Part shown: piece by piece, positions 63,998 through 64,000 of the stretch
Layout of the letters: every line of letters starts with the position of its first letter
Position numbering within the stretch: the first letter of the stretch is position 1
Source: Patescibacteria group bacterium
GTDB taxonomy: Bacteria > Patescibacteriota > Minisyncoccia > UBA6257 > UBA9933
Assembly (NCBI GenBank): GCA_038078555.1
Contig: JBBTYQ010000001.1
Location: 60,966-124,965, forward strand
DNA length: 64,000 bases
Direction: 5' to 3'
Program-made: the position numbers and the translations under genes
The notes under the pieces: generated by a model
Told to the model about the DNA's origin: nothing
What the model saw: only the letters and a program-made list of their open reading frames with translations
The model's database searches: none

Positions 63998-64000
63998 CAA

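Noticed and set aside
1-64000. CRISPR arrays, integrases, transposases or prophage signatures near the tRNA genes.
   Set aside because: No regularly spaced direct repeats with unique spacers were seen, and no recombinase or transposase-like ORF. The repeats observed are intragenic protein-module repeats or short motifs.

Overview
This 64-kb window is a low-GC bacterial chromosomal region, roughly 33-36% GC, with densely packed genes. Many proteins are small or reduced, which looks like a Patescibacteria/CPR-type genome; this is an impression from reading the sequence, not a computed classification. Most of the window is housekeeping genes: tgt, polA, a rpmH-rnpA-yidC-jag cluster, yebC-ruvC, a PBP1A gene, dnaN-dnaA, a GspE/PilB-type ATPase, ruvB, tsaE, two beta-CASP/MBL RNases (one is RNase J), phosphoglucose isomerase, gyrA, an S1-domain protein, tsaD, FtsW/RodA, mltG, rpoB-rpoC, rpsF-ssb-rpsR, a PAP2 phosphatase, a ComEC-type MBL domain protein and ndk. 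Five tRNA-like genes are present: Arg-CCG, Leu-CAG, Glu-TTC, one complete Leu-TAG and one split Leu-TAG-like gene. Accessory content is concentrated in two places. At the left end there are two large secreted repeat proteins. One is an 1130-aa beta-helix / FN3 / lectin-like protein with a dockerin-like C-terminus. The other is a 607-aa protein built from eight Cys-rich repeats with a Met/Pro-rich tail. The second accessory region spans 34.1-39.7 kb. It contains an odd minus-strand tRNA-Leu locus in which one tRNA-like gene appears interrupted in its D-loop by about 190 nt that carry a second, complete tRNA-Leu(TAG) flanked by an 11-bp inverted repeat. Next to it is a higher-GC SPFH/band-7 mini-island, then four tandem paralogous small two-TM secreted proteins with VirB2/TrbC-like (T4SS-pilin-like) architecture, then an orphan membrane-anchored solute-binding protein. 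A separate three-gene module (sigma-70 region-4 HTH protein, large membrane protein, soluble VirD4/TraD-like P-loop ATPase) lies at 45.3-49.3 kb. I also list several candidate structured RNAs or regulatory motifs. No CRISPR array, integrase or transposase was recognised. My own coordinates for small features may be off by 1-2 nt.
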